14,404 bases of DNA from NCBI GenBank assembly GCA_039801565.1, contig JBDRUX010000064.1, positions 1-14,404 on the forward strand, given 5' to 3'. The notes beneath the pieces are model-generated. The model was not told the origin of the DNA. It was given only the letters and a program-made list of their open reading frames with translations, and did no database searches. Shown here piece by piece: positions 1 to 7,360 of the stretch. The translations under genes were made by a program, and so were the position numbers. Within the stretch, counting starts at the first letter, position 1. Each line of letters starts with the position of its first letter. This DNA comes from a candidate division WOR-3 bacterium (GTDB taxonomy: Bacteria > Hydrothermota > Tepidihabitantia > Tepidihabitantales > JAOUPE01).

Positions 1-37
1 GCCTTTCCTAACGGCAGGTCAGAAATAGTAAAAAATT

Positions 38-1228
38 TCAAATTATCTGGATTAGCCAACCCAATAATCCGGCACCTAAGATTAACCAGAGCGGGTCAAC
101 TTTGAATCGGTATAGTAAGATAAAACCAAGAACCGCTAAGATTGCGGTCCGATAGTCAATAATACTTTTACTTCCAATAAAAACCGTTGCCGAAAAGAGC
201 ATTCCCACAATTGCCGGTTTAACCCCCAAGATGAAACCTTGAACCAATGGCTGATGCGCTATCCGATTATAAATATGGATCAGTAATAATAGAAGTAAAA
301 AAGAGGGCAGAAATACTCCAATCGTAGCAATTAGCGCGCCAATTAGACCCAATACTTTATAACCGACAAAAGTTGCGGTAATTGCCACTGGTCCCGGTGT
401 CACTTGTCCTAAAGCAACTCCGTCAATAAACTCTTTGGCGCTAAGCCAATGCCTTAAATCTACTACTTCCTGTTTAATAAACGGAATTGACGCATAACCG
501 CCACCGAAGATTATCGCCCCAATCTTGAAGAATATACCAAAAAGTTCAAATGCCTTTGCGATTGAAGAAAGGGATACTGGTTGATTCGAACTTTCTAATA
601 ATGGAGTCGCTAATACTGACTTTATTATTTGATTGGTTAACAAGCCAACCAGCAAAATAAGTATCAATAATCCGATCTCTTTCGGCTTAGTATAAAAGAT
701 AACCCCTAAGATACCACAGACGATTACGGTCAAAAGCACATCAATCCGAAAGATTAAGGCGAAAAAAGCAATTAAGGCAATAACCAAAGCCTTCCAATTT
801 TTTACATTAGTTTTACCAATTTCTAAGCTTGCCCAAAGTAAGATACCGGCAATGACCGGTTTGATTCCCCAAAAGATTTGTTCTAATACCGGGATCCTCT
901 GAAATCGAAAGTATAAAAAACTAAGAATTGTCATTGCTAAAAACGATGGTAAAAGAAAAGCGATAACTGAAATGGTCATTCCTTTTAGTCCTCTTAATTG
1001 ATAACCAATATATTCGACATAATTAGAGACAAATGGTCCGGGTAGCATTTGTCCCATCGCCACTCCAACACTCAATTCATCATCGGTAATCCATTTCCGT
1101 CGTTGAACAACATTCTGGCGGATTAAAGCCAACATCGCCACTCCACCCCCAAAGCCAATCGCACCGATTTTGAGAAAGACTAATATCAAGTCCTTGATGC
1201 TAATTTTATTTTGGGCATTACCAGACAT
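38..1228 (-). CDS. chrA: Chromate ion transporter (CHR family, long-chain, two homologous halves)
   Basis: Two CHR repeats: FLKIGAIGFGGG...GQMLPGP...FLLPSF and FFKIGAIIFGGGY...GQVTPGP...VFLPSF; strongly hydrophobic 396 aa. Confidence 0.93.
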   Translation of the reverse strand: MSGNAQNKISIKDLILVFLKIGAIGFGGGVAMLALIRQNVVQRRKWITDDELSVGVAMGQMLPGPFVSNYVEYIGYQLRGLKGMTISVIAFLLPSFLAMTILSFLYFRFQRIPVLEQIFWGIKPVIAGILLWASLEIGKTNVKNWKALVIALIAFFALIFRIDVLLTVIVCGILGVIFYTKPKEIGLLILILLVGLLTNQIIKSVLATPLLESSNQPVSLSSIAKAFELFGIFFKIGAIIFGGGYASIPFIKQEVVDLRHWLSAKEFIDGVALGQVTPGPVAITATFVGYKVLGLIGALIATIGVFLPSFLLLLLLIHIYNRIAHQPLVQGFILGVKPAIVGMLFSATVFIGSKSIIDYRTAILAVLGFILLYRFKVDPLWLILGAGLLGWLIQII

Positions 1229-1234
1229 AGAGAA

Positions 1235-1262
1235 ATCTTATTAGAAAGTTTTGATTTATCAA
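1235..1262 (-). promoter_or_regulatory. Putative sigma70 promoter of chrA (probably leaderless)
   Basis: Minus strand TTGATA (1262-1257)-N16-TAAGAT (1240-1235)-6 nt-ATG; no SD upstream of the ATG. Confidence 0.55.
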
Positions 1263-1263
1263 G

Positions 1264-1295
1264 AAAAAAAGCGGGTGGGATTTACCCACCCGCTT
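1264..1295 (-). terminator. Rho-independent terminator of the ECF operon
   Basis: Perfect inverted repeat AAGCGGGTGGG (1269-1279) / CCCACCCGCTT (1285-1295), 5-nt loop, U7 tract on the minus strand (A run 1264-1270), 13 nt after the lipoprotein stop. Confidence 0.92.
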
Positions 1296-1308
1296 AAGGA
1301 CCTTTGAC

Positions 1309-2211
1309 CTATTCTGAATCCGGATAAGCCTCATTAGGCAGTTTCACAACATAAGGAAGGCACCAGGCACGACAATTGTAAGGTGCCAGGCTATCGCCCC
1401 AAAGGGTCTGCCACTGAATAGCGTCAACCGCTGAGGGGCGAACTTCGGGCGCAGTGTAGTTCTCATCAGTATCACTTTGAATCACCCATTCTCGCTCAAA
1501 AGTATAAGTGCTAATGCGCAAGAATGGTTCTCTTCGGCGATGTGGTCTTTTCCTGCCTCGATGTAAAAATACCCACGCTGAATCATCTGCCATCTGAAGG
1601 GTCACGGTCACTTTTACCGTATCATCCGGACGAAAAGTTGGCAATTGCTCTTTGGTCAGAAAGGTGTCCGGACTGGTAATCTCAAAAGTATTACCGCTGG
1701 GTCGGGCTTCGGCTCTTAAATTGGTAATCGTAATTGGTATATTGGCATTCTTGGTCCAGATATTCTTGGGTGTAATCTTACGAATATACCAACGACCGTC
1801 GTGTTTCGTTAAATAGACCTTACGAATACCGGTATCCGTAATTGGACGCTCGTAACGAATTGGATTTAATGGGTCATTGACCACAATGAAATAACCAAGG
1901 GCACTGGTGCCAATGGTTGCGATTGCGGTTGTATCTTTAATCTCCACTGCAATGTGGCGAGTGAAAGATGTTATCTTGCGCACAAACCGAACCCAGGGAA
2001 TCCGCATCGTATCTGGCATCAAAAGTATCAAACCGGTTTCAGGAACTGTATCGTTATCTTCAAAGGCACGGGATTGGTCTTCATTAGTATATAATGAGCT
2101 ATTTAGGATATCCTTAATATCCTCTTCGTCTTGGTTCTTACCCTTGCAACCGATTAAAAGCAAATTAGCACAAAGGAAGCTTGCGAAGAGTATGGTTAAG
2201 TATTTTTTCAT
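1309..2211 (-). CDS. Uncharacterised lipoprotein, last gene of the ECF operon
   Basis: Start moved to ATG 2211 (MKKYLT), which follows GGAGGTG overlapping the upstream stop; basic N-terminus, hydrophobic core and lipobox LIG-C. Confidence 0.8.
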   Translation of the reverse strand: MKKYLTILFASFLCANLLLIGCKGKNQDEEDIKDILNSSLYTNEDQSRAFEDNDTVPETGLILLMPDTMRIPWVRFVRKITSFTRHIAVEIKDTTAIATIGTSALGYFIVVNDPLNPIRYERPITDTGIRKVYLTKHDGRWYIRKITPKNIWTKNANIPITITNLRAEARPSGNTFEITSPDTFLTKEQLPTFRPDDTVKVTVTLQMADDSAWVFLHRGRKRPHRRREPFLRISTYTFEREWVIQSDTDENYTAPEVRPSAVDAIQWQTLWGDSLAPYNCRAWCLPYVVKLPNEAYPDSE

Positions 2212-2213
2212 TA

Positions 2214-2720
2214 TCACCTCCATCGTCCTTTTTTGATTCTTTCTTGTCTGCGCTCTCTAATCCCACGAATCATATCGCGCAATTCTCGTTCAAATCGGAG
2301 TTGAAATAGGATGAGCCGAGCCTGTTGTTCCGGTGACAGAATTTTGCGCAACTCCTTTTTCAAGGCATTCTCTTTTTTATTAAATTCCTCCTCAATTTGA
2401 AACAATTTATCTATTTTGGCATTAATCTGGTCTTGGGGTATCTTTTCCTTATGCAGTAAGTCTCTCAATTCGTCAAGTACGGTTCGGCGGTCTTGTTCAA
2501 ATTTCTCTTTGGCTTCTCTTAGTTCGTTCAGTTTCGGGAAAAATTTTAGGCTCTGTTCCTCGGACAAATTCAATTCTTCAATCAGTCGCACCTTGCGCAG
2601 GGTCTCAACCAGTTCTTTGGGTGCACGCTCGGGCGGTGGGGGCTCGTCAACATCCGGATTTAATGGTTGGGCAAATGCAATGGCAATGCCCAAGGTAATT
2701 AAAGTGAGAAGTTTTTTCAT
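2214..2720 (-). CDS. Spy/CpxP-like periplasmic helical protein
   Basis: Signal peptide MKKLLTLITLGIAIAFA; LTxxQ-like motifs LNLSEEQ and ILSPEQQ; helical, charged; SD GGAGG upstream. Confidence 0.8.
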   Translation of the reverse strand: MKKLLTLITLGIAIAFAQPLNPDVDEPPPPERAPKELVETLRKVRLIEELNLSEEQSLKFFPKLNELREAKEKFEQDRRTVLDELRDLLHKEKIPQDQINAKIDKLFQIEEEFNKKENALKKELRKILSPEQQARLILFQLRFERELRDMIRGIRERRQERIKKGRWR

Positions 2721-2734
2721 TTTGCACCTCCAAT

Positions 2735-3331
2735 TTATAACATTGTATTAATTACCCGCACCAACTCGGCTTTCTCTTCTTGGGTCAAACCTTCGACCAA
2801 ATCCGGTAGTTCCAATCGGCTATCAAGATAGTCTTCAATCTCTTTAGTCAAGACTGAGCTGATTTGACTGAAATCGCCCTTGTCCATAGTGCTGTTAGCT
2901 TTAAGATAATCAACTACGAATTCACCGCTCAGGGATAAGGTTGGCATCGCGAAGATTTCGGTTGCTATCTTAGTATAGTTATCCTCTTTCGACCGAATTC
3001 GCAATGTTACTAACCAAATAAGAATTGTGGCAATGGCTAAGGTTGGGACAAGTCTTGGCAATAGCCAGCGAGCTGGGTAGCGCTTTGGCCGCAATTGGAC
3101 TTGGCGTCGGATTTTTTGATGGATTTCAGTTAAAAATCTTGTCTGTTGTTCTGGGGTAAGTTTGTTCTCGGGCAACGGTTCAAATAGCGCTAAAGTCTTT
3201 TTAAGTTCGGCTAATTCCTTTTGGCAAGCCGAGCAGGTCAAAAGATGATTTTCCACTGACCGTTTTAACTTATCGGACAATTCGTCCAAAAGGTATTCAG
3301 CCAATACTGTTTTTAGCTTTTGACAATTCAT
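2735..3331 (-). CDS. Zinc-binding (ZAS, zf-HC2) transmembrane anti-sigma factor
   Basis: Likely start ATG 3331 (MNCQKLK); HxxxCxxC motif HLLTCSAC; one TM segment (LVPTLAIATILIWLVTL); overlaps the sigma gene end by 35 nt. Confidence 0.88.
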   Translation of the reverse strand: MNCQKLKTVLAEYLLDELSDKLKRSVENHLLTCSACQKELAELKKTLALFEPLPENKLTPEQQTRFLTEIHQKIRRQVQLRPKRYPARWLLPRLVPTLAIATILIWLVTLRIRSKEDNYTKIATEIFAMPTLSLSGEFVVDYLKANSTMDKGDFSQISSVLTKEIEDYLDSRLELPDLVEGLTQEEKAELVRVINTML

Positions 3332-3884
3332 TTTCGACCCAAGGTTTAAGAAGTTCGCGTAACTTTTGCACGGCATGAAAGTAGTGTGCTTTGACAGTTC
3401 CTTTCGAGCAACCCATTATTTTGGCGATTTCACCAATTCGCAATCCTTCATATTGGCGTAAGAGAAATACCGCTCTTTGTTTGTCGGGTAACTGCTTAAC
3501 CGCTGATGTTATGGCGATTTTCAGTTCGCCTTGTCGGAAGTCGGTTTCGGGTGTATTGCGGGCTGGAGTATTCATTAAAATCACCTCGCTAATTGTCTCA
3601 TTGTTAATAGTTCTCGACCGCGTTTTTCGTTGATTAAAGTTAAGGCAACGGTTGACGCAGATTCGGTAAAGCCAAGTGTAGAAGGTAGATTTCTGTTTAA
3701 ACTTAGAAAGTCCGTTATAGGCTTGAACAAAGGTCTCTTGCGCCAAATCCCAAGCGTCTTCGGAATTATGAACCATTCGATATGCCAAATTATAGATTTT
3801 ATTTTGGTATTTCTTAACCAACTCATCAAAGCAAGTCTCATCGCCATTCTTGAATCTCCGAATAAGGTTGAGGTCTTCGTCCAT
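3297..3884 (-). CDS. ECF (group 4) RNA polymerase sigma factor, RpoE/SigW-like
   Basis: Region 2 (DAWDLAQETF...FYTWLYRICVN) and region 4 (LPDKQRAVFLLRQYEGL...EIAKIMGCSKGTVK); no region 3. Start is either ATG 3899 or, more likely, 3884. Confidence 0.93.
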   Translation of the reverse strand: MDEDLNLIRRFKNGDETCFDELVKKYQNKIYNLAYRMVHNSEDAWDLAQETFVQAYNGLSKFKQKSTFYTWLYRICVNRCLNFNQRKTRSRTINNETISEVILMNTPARNTPETDFRQGELKIAITSAVKQLPDKQRAVFLLRQYEGLRIGEIAKIMGCSKGTVKAHYFHAVQKLRELLKPWVENELSKAKNSIG

Positions 3885-3899
3885 TTTTTCATTTACCAT

Positions 3900-3927
3900 T
3901 TAGACAATTTTTTGGGAAAAAGGTTTA
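3900..3927 (-). promoter_or_regulatory. Candidate ECF-type autoregulatory promoter
   Basis: Minus strand TAAACC (3927-3922)-N16-GTCTAA (3905-3900), matching the general ECF AAC / GTC consensus directly upstream of the sigma gene. Confidence 0.65.
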
Positions 3928-3952
3928 ATGGCAGGTCGAGGATTAAATTAAA

Positions 3953-4040
3953 TGCCGGGAGCCGGAATTGAACCGGCATGGTCTTGAAAAGACCGAGGGA
4001 TTTTAAGTCCCTTGCGTCTACCAAGTTCCGCCATCCCGGC
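3953..4040 (-). tRNA. tRNA-Leu (TAA), CCA not encoded
   Basis: GCCGGGA/TCCCGGC acceptor stem, AGGGA-CTTAAAA-TCCCT anticodon arm, long variable arm, GGTTCAATTCC T-arm. Confidence 0.97.
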
Positions 4041-4104
4041 AAATAGAAGGATAATGGTTGTAAGACGATAGGGACAAGTTAAGAAGAAATCTATCATCTT
4101 TTAA

Positions 4105-4177
4105 AGGCGGCAATGGGACTTGCACCCATGAATAGCGGTTTTGCAGACCGCCGCCTTAGCTACTTGGCTATGCCGCC
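4105..4177 (-). tRNA. tRNA-Cys (GCA), CCA not encoded
   Basis: GGCGGCA/TGCCGCC acceptor stem, U discriminator, GCGGT-CTGCAAA-ACCGC anticodon arm; atypical T-loop TGCAAGT. Confidence 0.95.
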
Positions 4178-4179
4178 AA

Positions 4180-4252
4180 AGCGGGAGACGAGATTTGAAC
4201 TCGCGACCCTCACCTTGGCAAGGTGATGCTCTACCAGCTGAGCTACTCCCGC
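4180..4252 (-). tRNA. tRNA-Gly (GCC), CCA not encoded
   Basis: GCGGGAG/CTCCCGC acceptor stem, TAGCTCAGCTGGTAGAGC D-arm, TCACC-TTGCCAA-GGTGA anticodon arm. Confidence 0.97.
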
Positions 4253-4261
4253 AAAATTTTC

Positions 4262-4334
4262 TGGCCCCAACGAGAATCGAACTCGTCTTTTCGCCTTGAA
4301 AGAGCGATGTCCTAAGCCATTAGACGATGGGGCC
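4262..4334 (-). tRNA. tRNA-Glu (TTC), CCA not encoded
   Basis: GGCCCCA/TGGGGCC acceptor stem, TCGCT-CTTTCAA-GGCGA anticodon arm, GTTCGATTC T-loop. Confidence 0.96.
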
Positions 4335-4346
4335 ATACCCAATAAT

Positions 4347-4374
4347 AACTTATTGAAATCGAATCAAAAGTCAA
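4347..4374 (-). promoter_or_regulatory. Putative sigma70 promoter of the tRNA operon
   Basis: Minus strand TTGACT (4374-4369)-N16-TAAGTT (4352-4347), 12 nt upstream of tRNA-Glu. Confidence 0.6.
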
Positions 4375-4380
4375 TAGCAA

Positions 4381-6150
4381 TCAATAGAAATAAGCATTCC
4401 GATAGTCAAATACTTCTGGTGTCTTAATGATCTCGCTAAAAAGCCGATTGGTTACCGTCTGGTGCCGCTGCGTCTTTAGGTCTTCTGCGGTTGTATTGTT
4501 AACCTCAATTCGTTCATCGCAATGAATGATAAAACTGCCCCAATCGGTTGTTACGACCCCTGAGGTTTCATTAGGTTTTAACGCATAAAGCGCACCAGCG
4601 AATTCAGCACCTTTAGCGCCTTTAGCATAGGTAAATGAGTTGAAAGAATCCTTTTGGATTTCAATCGTCGAATCTTCACTCACAATATCAGCAAAGGTTT
4701 TACCAGCAAAGAGTTTTTTATAAGCCGCTTCGGCTATTGCCTTTATTTTCTCTTTATCCTTTTCTCTTTGGATTCGCCATTCAATCATCTGTTTTATTCT
4801 ATCTAAGGGCTGATAACTGGCTTTGTCAATACCTTCTAATCGGAAGACGTAATAACCGCCTCGTCCCCGCATCGGTTCGGATAAATCTTTTGGTTTAGCG
4901 CGTAAGGCAAAATCCTGAAGTGGTGAAACCGAATAGAGTCCAGGGAAATTTACTGGCCTGCCTTTAATTACTCGGGTCTCCCGTGCCATCAACCCAAACT
5001 CTTGGCATAAAGTATCAAAATTCTCATGTTGGGCTCTTTCTAAGAATTTATTGATACTGTCAAGCACCGCTGCGGTTGTCGTCGAAGTCATCTTTATTTT
5101 AATCAAAATTCGGTTCAATTTGACACTATCTTTTTTCTTCTCGACCAGATTTACAATTTGCCAACCTTCGTTATTAAGAAACGGTTTACTGAACTTTCCT
5201 GGTTGCAATGAATCGAGCACTCGTTTCATTATCGAATCGAAACTATTTTGGGCATACCAGGTCGCAGTGGTTTCGGTCGGATTATCGGAAAAGTCTCTAA
5301 TCAATAAAGCAAAATCTTCCCCGGGTTTAATTTCATTATAAATATCCTCGATTTGGCGTTGGGCATCTAAGGAGTCTTCGGCCGTTATTCGGCGCGGGAA
5401 GAATACATACTTCAATCTTCGCATCTCAGGAATTGCAAACTCCTTTTTGTTTCGCTCATAATACTCTTTAATTTCCTTTTCCGTCGGTTTGGATTGGTCT
5501 TTAACCACCTTCGGACTAAAGTATAGAAAGGTGGCTTTTATCTTAGTATTTTCTAAAGCCAAGGCTTTTTGGATCTCGCCTGATGTCACCCGATACATCC
5601 CAGTTATATCAATTCGTAATTTCTCTTTTGGTAACATATCAACCAACTCCCGGGCATAAATCATAAAATAGGGCCGATTTTGCGGATTAGATAAAACTTG
5701 CAGGTATTTTTCTTGGTCGAACTTGCCATCGGTCATAAGTTCGGGATTTTCGCGTAATTCCGGTGGCGGATTGGCTTTCATAATCTCATAAATCTCGGCA
5801 TCGGTCACCTTTATCTTTTCTTGCTTTAAAATATCCGCCCAGACCTTCTCGGAAATTAAATATTGCCAAACCTGATTGTGGAGATTCTCCCGGTCCTCTT
5901 CGGATAGGTCACGGACTTTATTTTCTTTTAAGAACTTATAGGTAAAATAATCTAAGGTATTTTGATACTCTTCCCGGGTTATTGTTTTTTTACCGACTTT
6001 GCCAAAGATACCTTTTTCCCAATAGCCACGTCCCCCGCGGGCGCGAAAACGGAGCATCTGCCATATTTCGCTGAGTAAAAATCCAGCCACAAAACTCAAT
6101 GCTACAATAAACATAATAATCTTAACGCGCTTGCGCATTTGACTCAACAT
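4381..6150 (-). CDS. PpiD/SurA-family membrane-anchored periplasmic chaperone with parvulin-like domains
   Basis: N-terminal basic segment plus TM anchor; SurA N-terminal region (GKVGKKTITREEY, IKVTDAEI, DGKFDQEKY); PTEKEIKEYYERNKKEF; rotamase-like motifs (GEDFALLIRDFSD, LSEPMRGRGGYYVF, SGVVTTDWGSFII). Confidence 0.88.
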   Translation of the reverse strand: MLSQMRKRVKIIMFIVALSFVAGFLLSEIWQMLRFRARGGRGYWEKGIFGKVGKKTITREEYQNTLDYFTYKFLKENKVRDLSEEDRENLHNQVWQYLISEKVWADILKQEKIKVTDAEIYEIMKANPPPELRENPELMTDGKFDQEKYLQVLSNPQNRPYFMIYARELVDMLPKEKLRIDITGMYRVTSGEIQKALALENTKIKATFLYFSPKVVKDQSKPTEKEIKEYYERNKKEFAIPEMRRLKYVFFPRRITAEDSLDAQRQIEDIYNEIKPGEDFALLIRDFSDNPTETTATWYAQNSFDSIMKRVLDSLQPGKFSKPFLNNEGWQIVNLVEKKKDSVKLNRILIKIKMTSTTTAAVLDSINKFLERAQHENFDTLCQEFGLMARETRVIKGRPVNFPGLYSVSPLQDFALRAKPKDLSEPMRGRGGYYVFRLEGIDKASYQPLDRIKQMIEWRIQREKDKEKIKAIAEAAYKKLFAGKTFADIVSEDSTIEIQKDSFNSFTYAKGAKGAEFAGALYALKPNETSGVVTTDWGSFIIHCDERIEVNNTTAEDLKTQRHQTVTNRLFSEIIKTPEVFDYRNAYFY

Positions 6151-6159
6151 AGTTATTAT

Positions 6160-6187
6160 AGTTTAATGACAATCCTCCTAAAGTCAA
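6160..6187 (-). promoter_or_regulatory. Putative sigma70 promoter of the ppiD-like gene
   Basis: Minus strand TTGACT (6187-6182)-N16-TAAACT (6165-6160), 9 nt before the ATG; an overlapping TATAAT lies at 6160-6155. Confidence 0.55.
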
Positions 6188-6230
6188 TAAGATGATGCTT
6201 TTAAAATGGAATCGTATGGGTTGGCAGTTG

Positions 6231-7256
6231 CTATCGAACTTTTAATACCTTAGTTTTGTAGCTATGAGCGCTGTCTTCAAGAATAATGAAATAAATTCCG
6301 GGCTTGACTACTCCGCTTCGGCTATTCATTCCCTGCCAAAGGAAAGAGTTTTTGGTGACCTCTGGTTTTAACCAAATAACCAATCTTCCCTTTGCATCAT
6401 ATATCCCAATTCGACGGATTGGTTTTGACCATTTAATTTCAATTTCTTGGGAAAATGGATTTGGATAAGCAGTGGCGAAGATTTTGGGTTGTTCTAATTT
6501 TGTCTCTTTTTCAATCTCCACAATATTGGCTTCGTGCCAAGTATTGCTACCATCCCGGGTATAAAGTACAACCCCATCACCAGCAATTAGACCACGCAAA
6601 GAATCAGCAAAGTCAATATCGTATAAAAGTAGTATCAATACCACTGTTTTGCATCTGCCAAGAAGTTCCGCCATCATCCGGAATGGATGATAGTTCCATT
6701 TCTGCCCACTGCCCATAGTTTATTTTCGCCAATCAGTTCTAAAGAATTAAGGATTTTTGCTGATTGGGTAATGTTTAGCGATTCCAGGTTTGTCCGCCAT
6801 CGGTGGTATGATAAACGCAACCTTCCATTGTCGAATCATTACCACCAACCACCCAACCTTCTAAGGAATCTTTAAACTTAACATCAAAGAAGTCGTAGAT
6901 TGTGTCTCGTTTCTGCAAAACCCAACTATCACCGCCATCTTCAGAATGAACAATAAAACCTTGCCCTTTTTAAAAACAGTATCACCGCCCCATACTTCCG
7001 GATAACGCCCGGCACACATCCAGCCTTTAAAACTATCAATTGAATGATACACCGTAAAAATCGGCACTATCATATGGGAACTGATACAAGTATTTTGTGA
7101 CCCAACTAACTCCGCCATCCCAGATATGTAATACCAATACCGTATCACTGGTCACAACCCAACCGTGGTCACTATTGGGCGCCATTGCACAACCGTGATA
7201 GGTGTAAGGAAAGACGACCGATACCAGACCGAGTAGAAGAATAATAAACCGGGCAT
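6231..7256 (-). pseudogene. Frameshifted secreted Asp-box (BNR/YCF48-like) beta-propeller protein with T9SS-CTD/FlgD-Ig-like tail
   Basis: Joining frames gives a signal-like FIILLLGLVSVVFP, five Asp-boxes (HIWDGGVSW, HSEDGGDSW, HTTDGGQTW, HSDDGGTSW, YTRDGSNTW) and a YPNPF...IYDAKG...GIYF tail. Frameshifts near 7041, 6969, 6780, 6679 and 6627; no in-frame ATG. Confidence 0.88.
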
Positions 7257-7355
7257 CCGAGAAAATAGAAAAACAGTAATCAACTGTCGGTTTTCCGTGA
7301 AATAAAGAAGAGTTAGTTAACACGGCAATTTAATCTATTATCCCGAATGCCCGGT
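7248..7355 (-). repeat. 108-nt element bounded by a 22-bp imperfect inverted repeat (structured RNA or MITE-like)
   Basis: ACCGGGCATCCGAGAAAATAGA (7248-7269) pairs with TCTATTATCCCGAATGCCCGGT (7334-7355), 19 of 22 Watson-Crick. Confidence 0.8.
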
Positions 7356-7360
7356 ACTAA

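Noticed and set aside
3581..3892. 103-aa alternative-frame ORF whose ATG falls near the predicted ECF TSS
   Set aside because: Lies inside the conserved sigma gene with no recognisable motif; the TSS coincidence would need ribosome profiling to mean anything.
3900..3960. tRNA-Leu 3' end as an integration site for an island carrying ECF and chrA
   Set aside because: No integrase and no duplicated tRNA 3' end seen in the window.
4160..4342. 60-aa ORF on the minus strand
   Set aside because: It runs through tRNA-Glu, tRNA-Gly and part of tRNA-Cys; a by-product of tRNA sequence.
1907..5341. Plus-strand ORFs 1907-2236, 2416-2751, 3391-3633, 3630-3971 and 5051-5341
   Set aside because: Antisense shadows of well-supported genes, with no protein motifs.
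6174..6179. AGGAGG upstream of ppiD as its SD
   Set aside because: It is 23 nt from the ATG and inside the predicted promoter spacer; the adjacent TTG is too close and out of frame.
6964..6976. TTTTTAAAAAGGG as a programmed -1 frameshift or phase-variation tract
   Set aside because: Four other frameshifts break the same gene, so recoding at one site could not restore it; the runs are short.
6231..7323. ORFs 6231-6716, 6861-7148 and 7036-7323 as separate genes, plus 6455-6718 and 6687-6875 on the plus strand
   Set aside because: The minus-strand ORFs are each only partly in the true frame of one pseudogene; the plus-strand ORFs are shadows.
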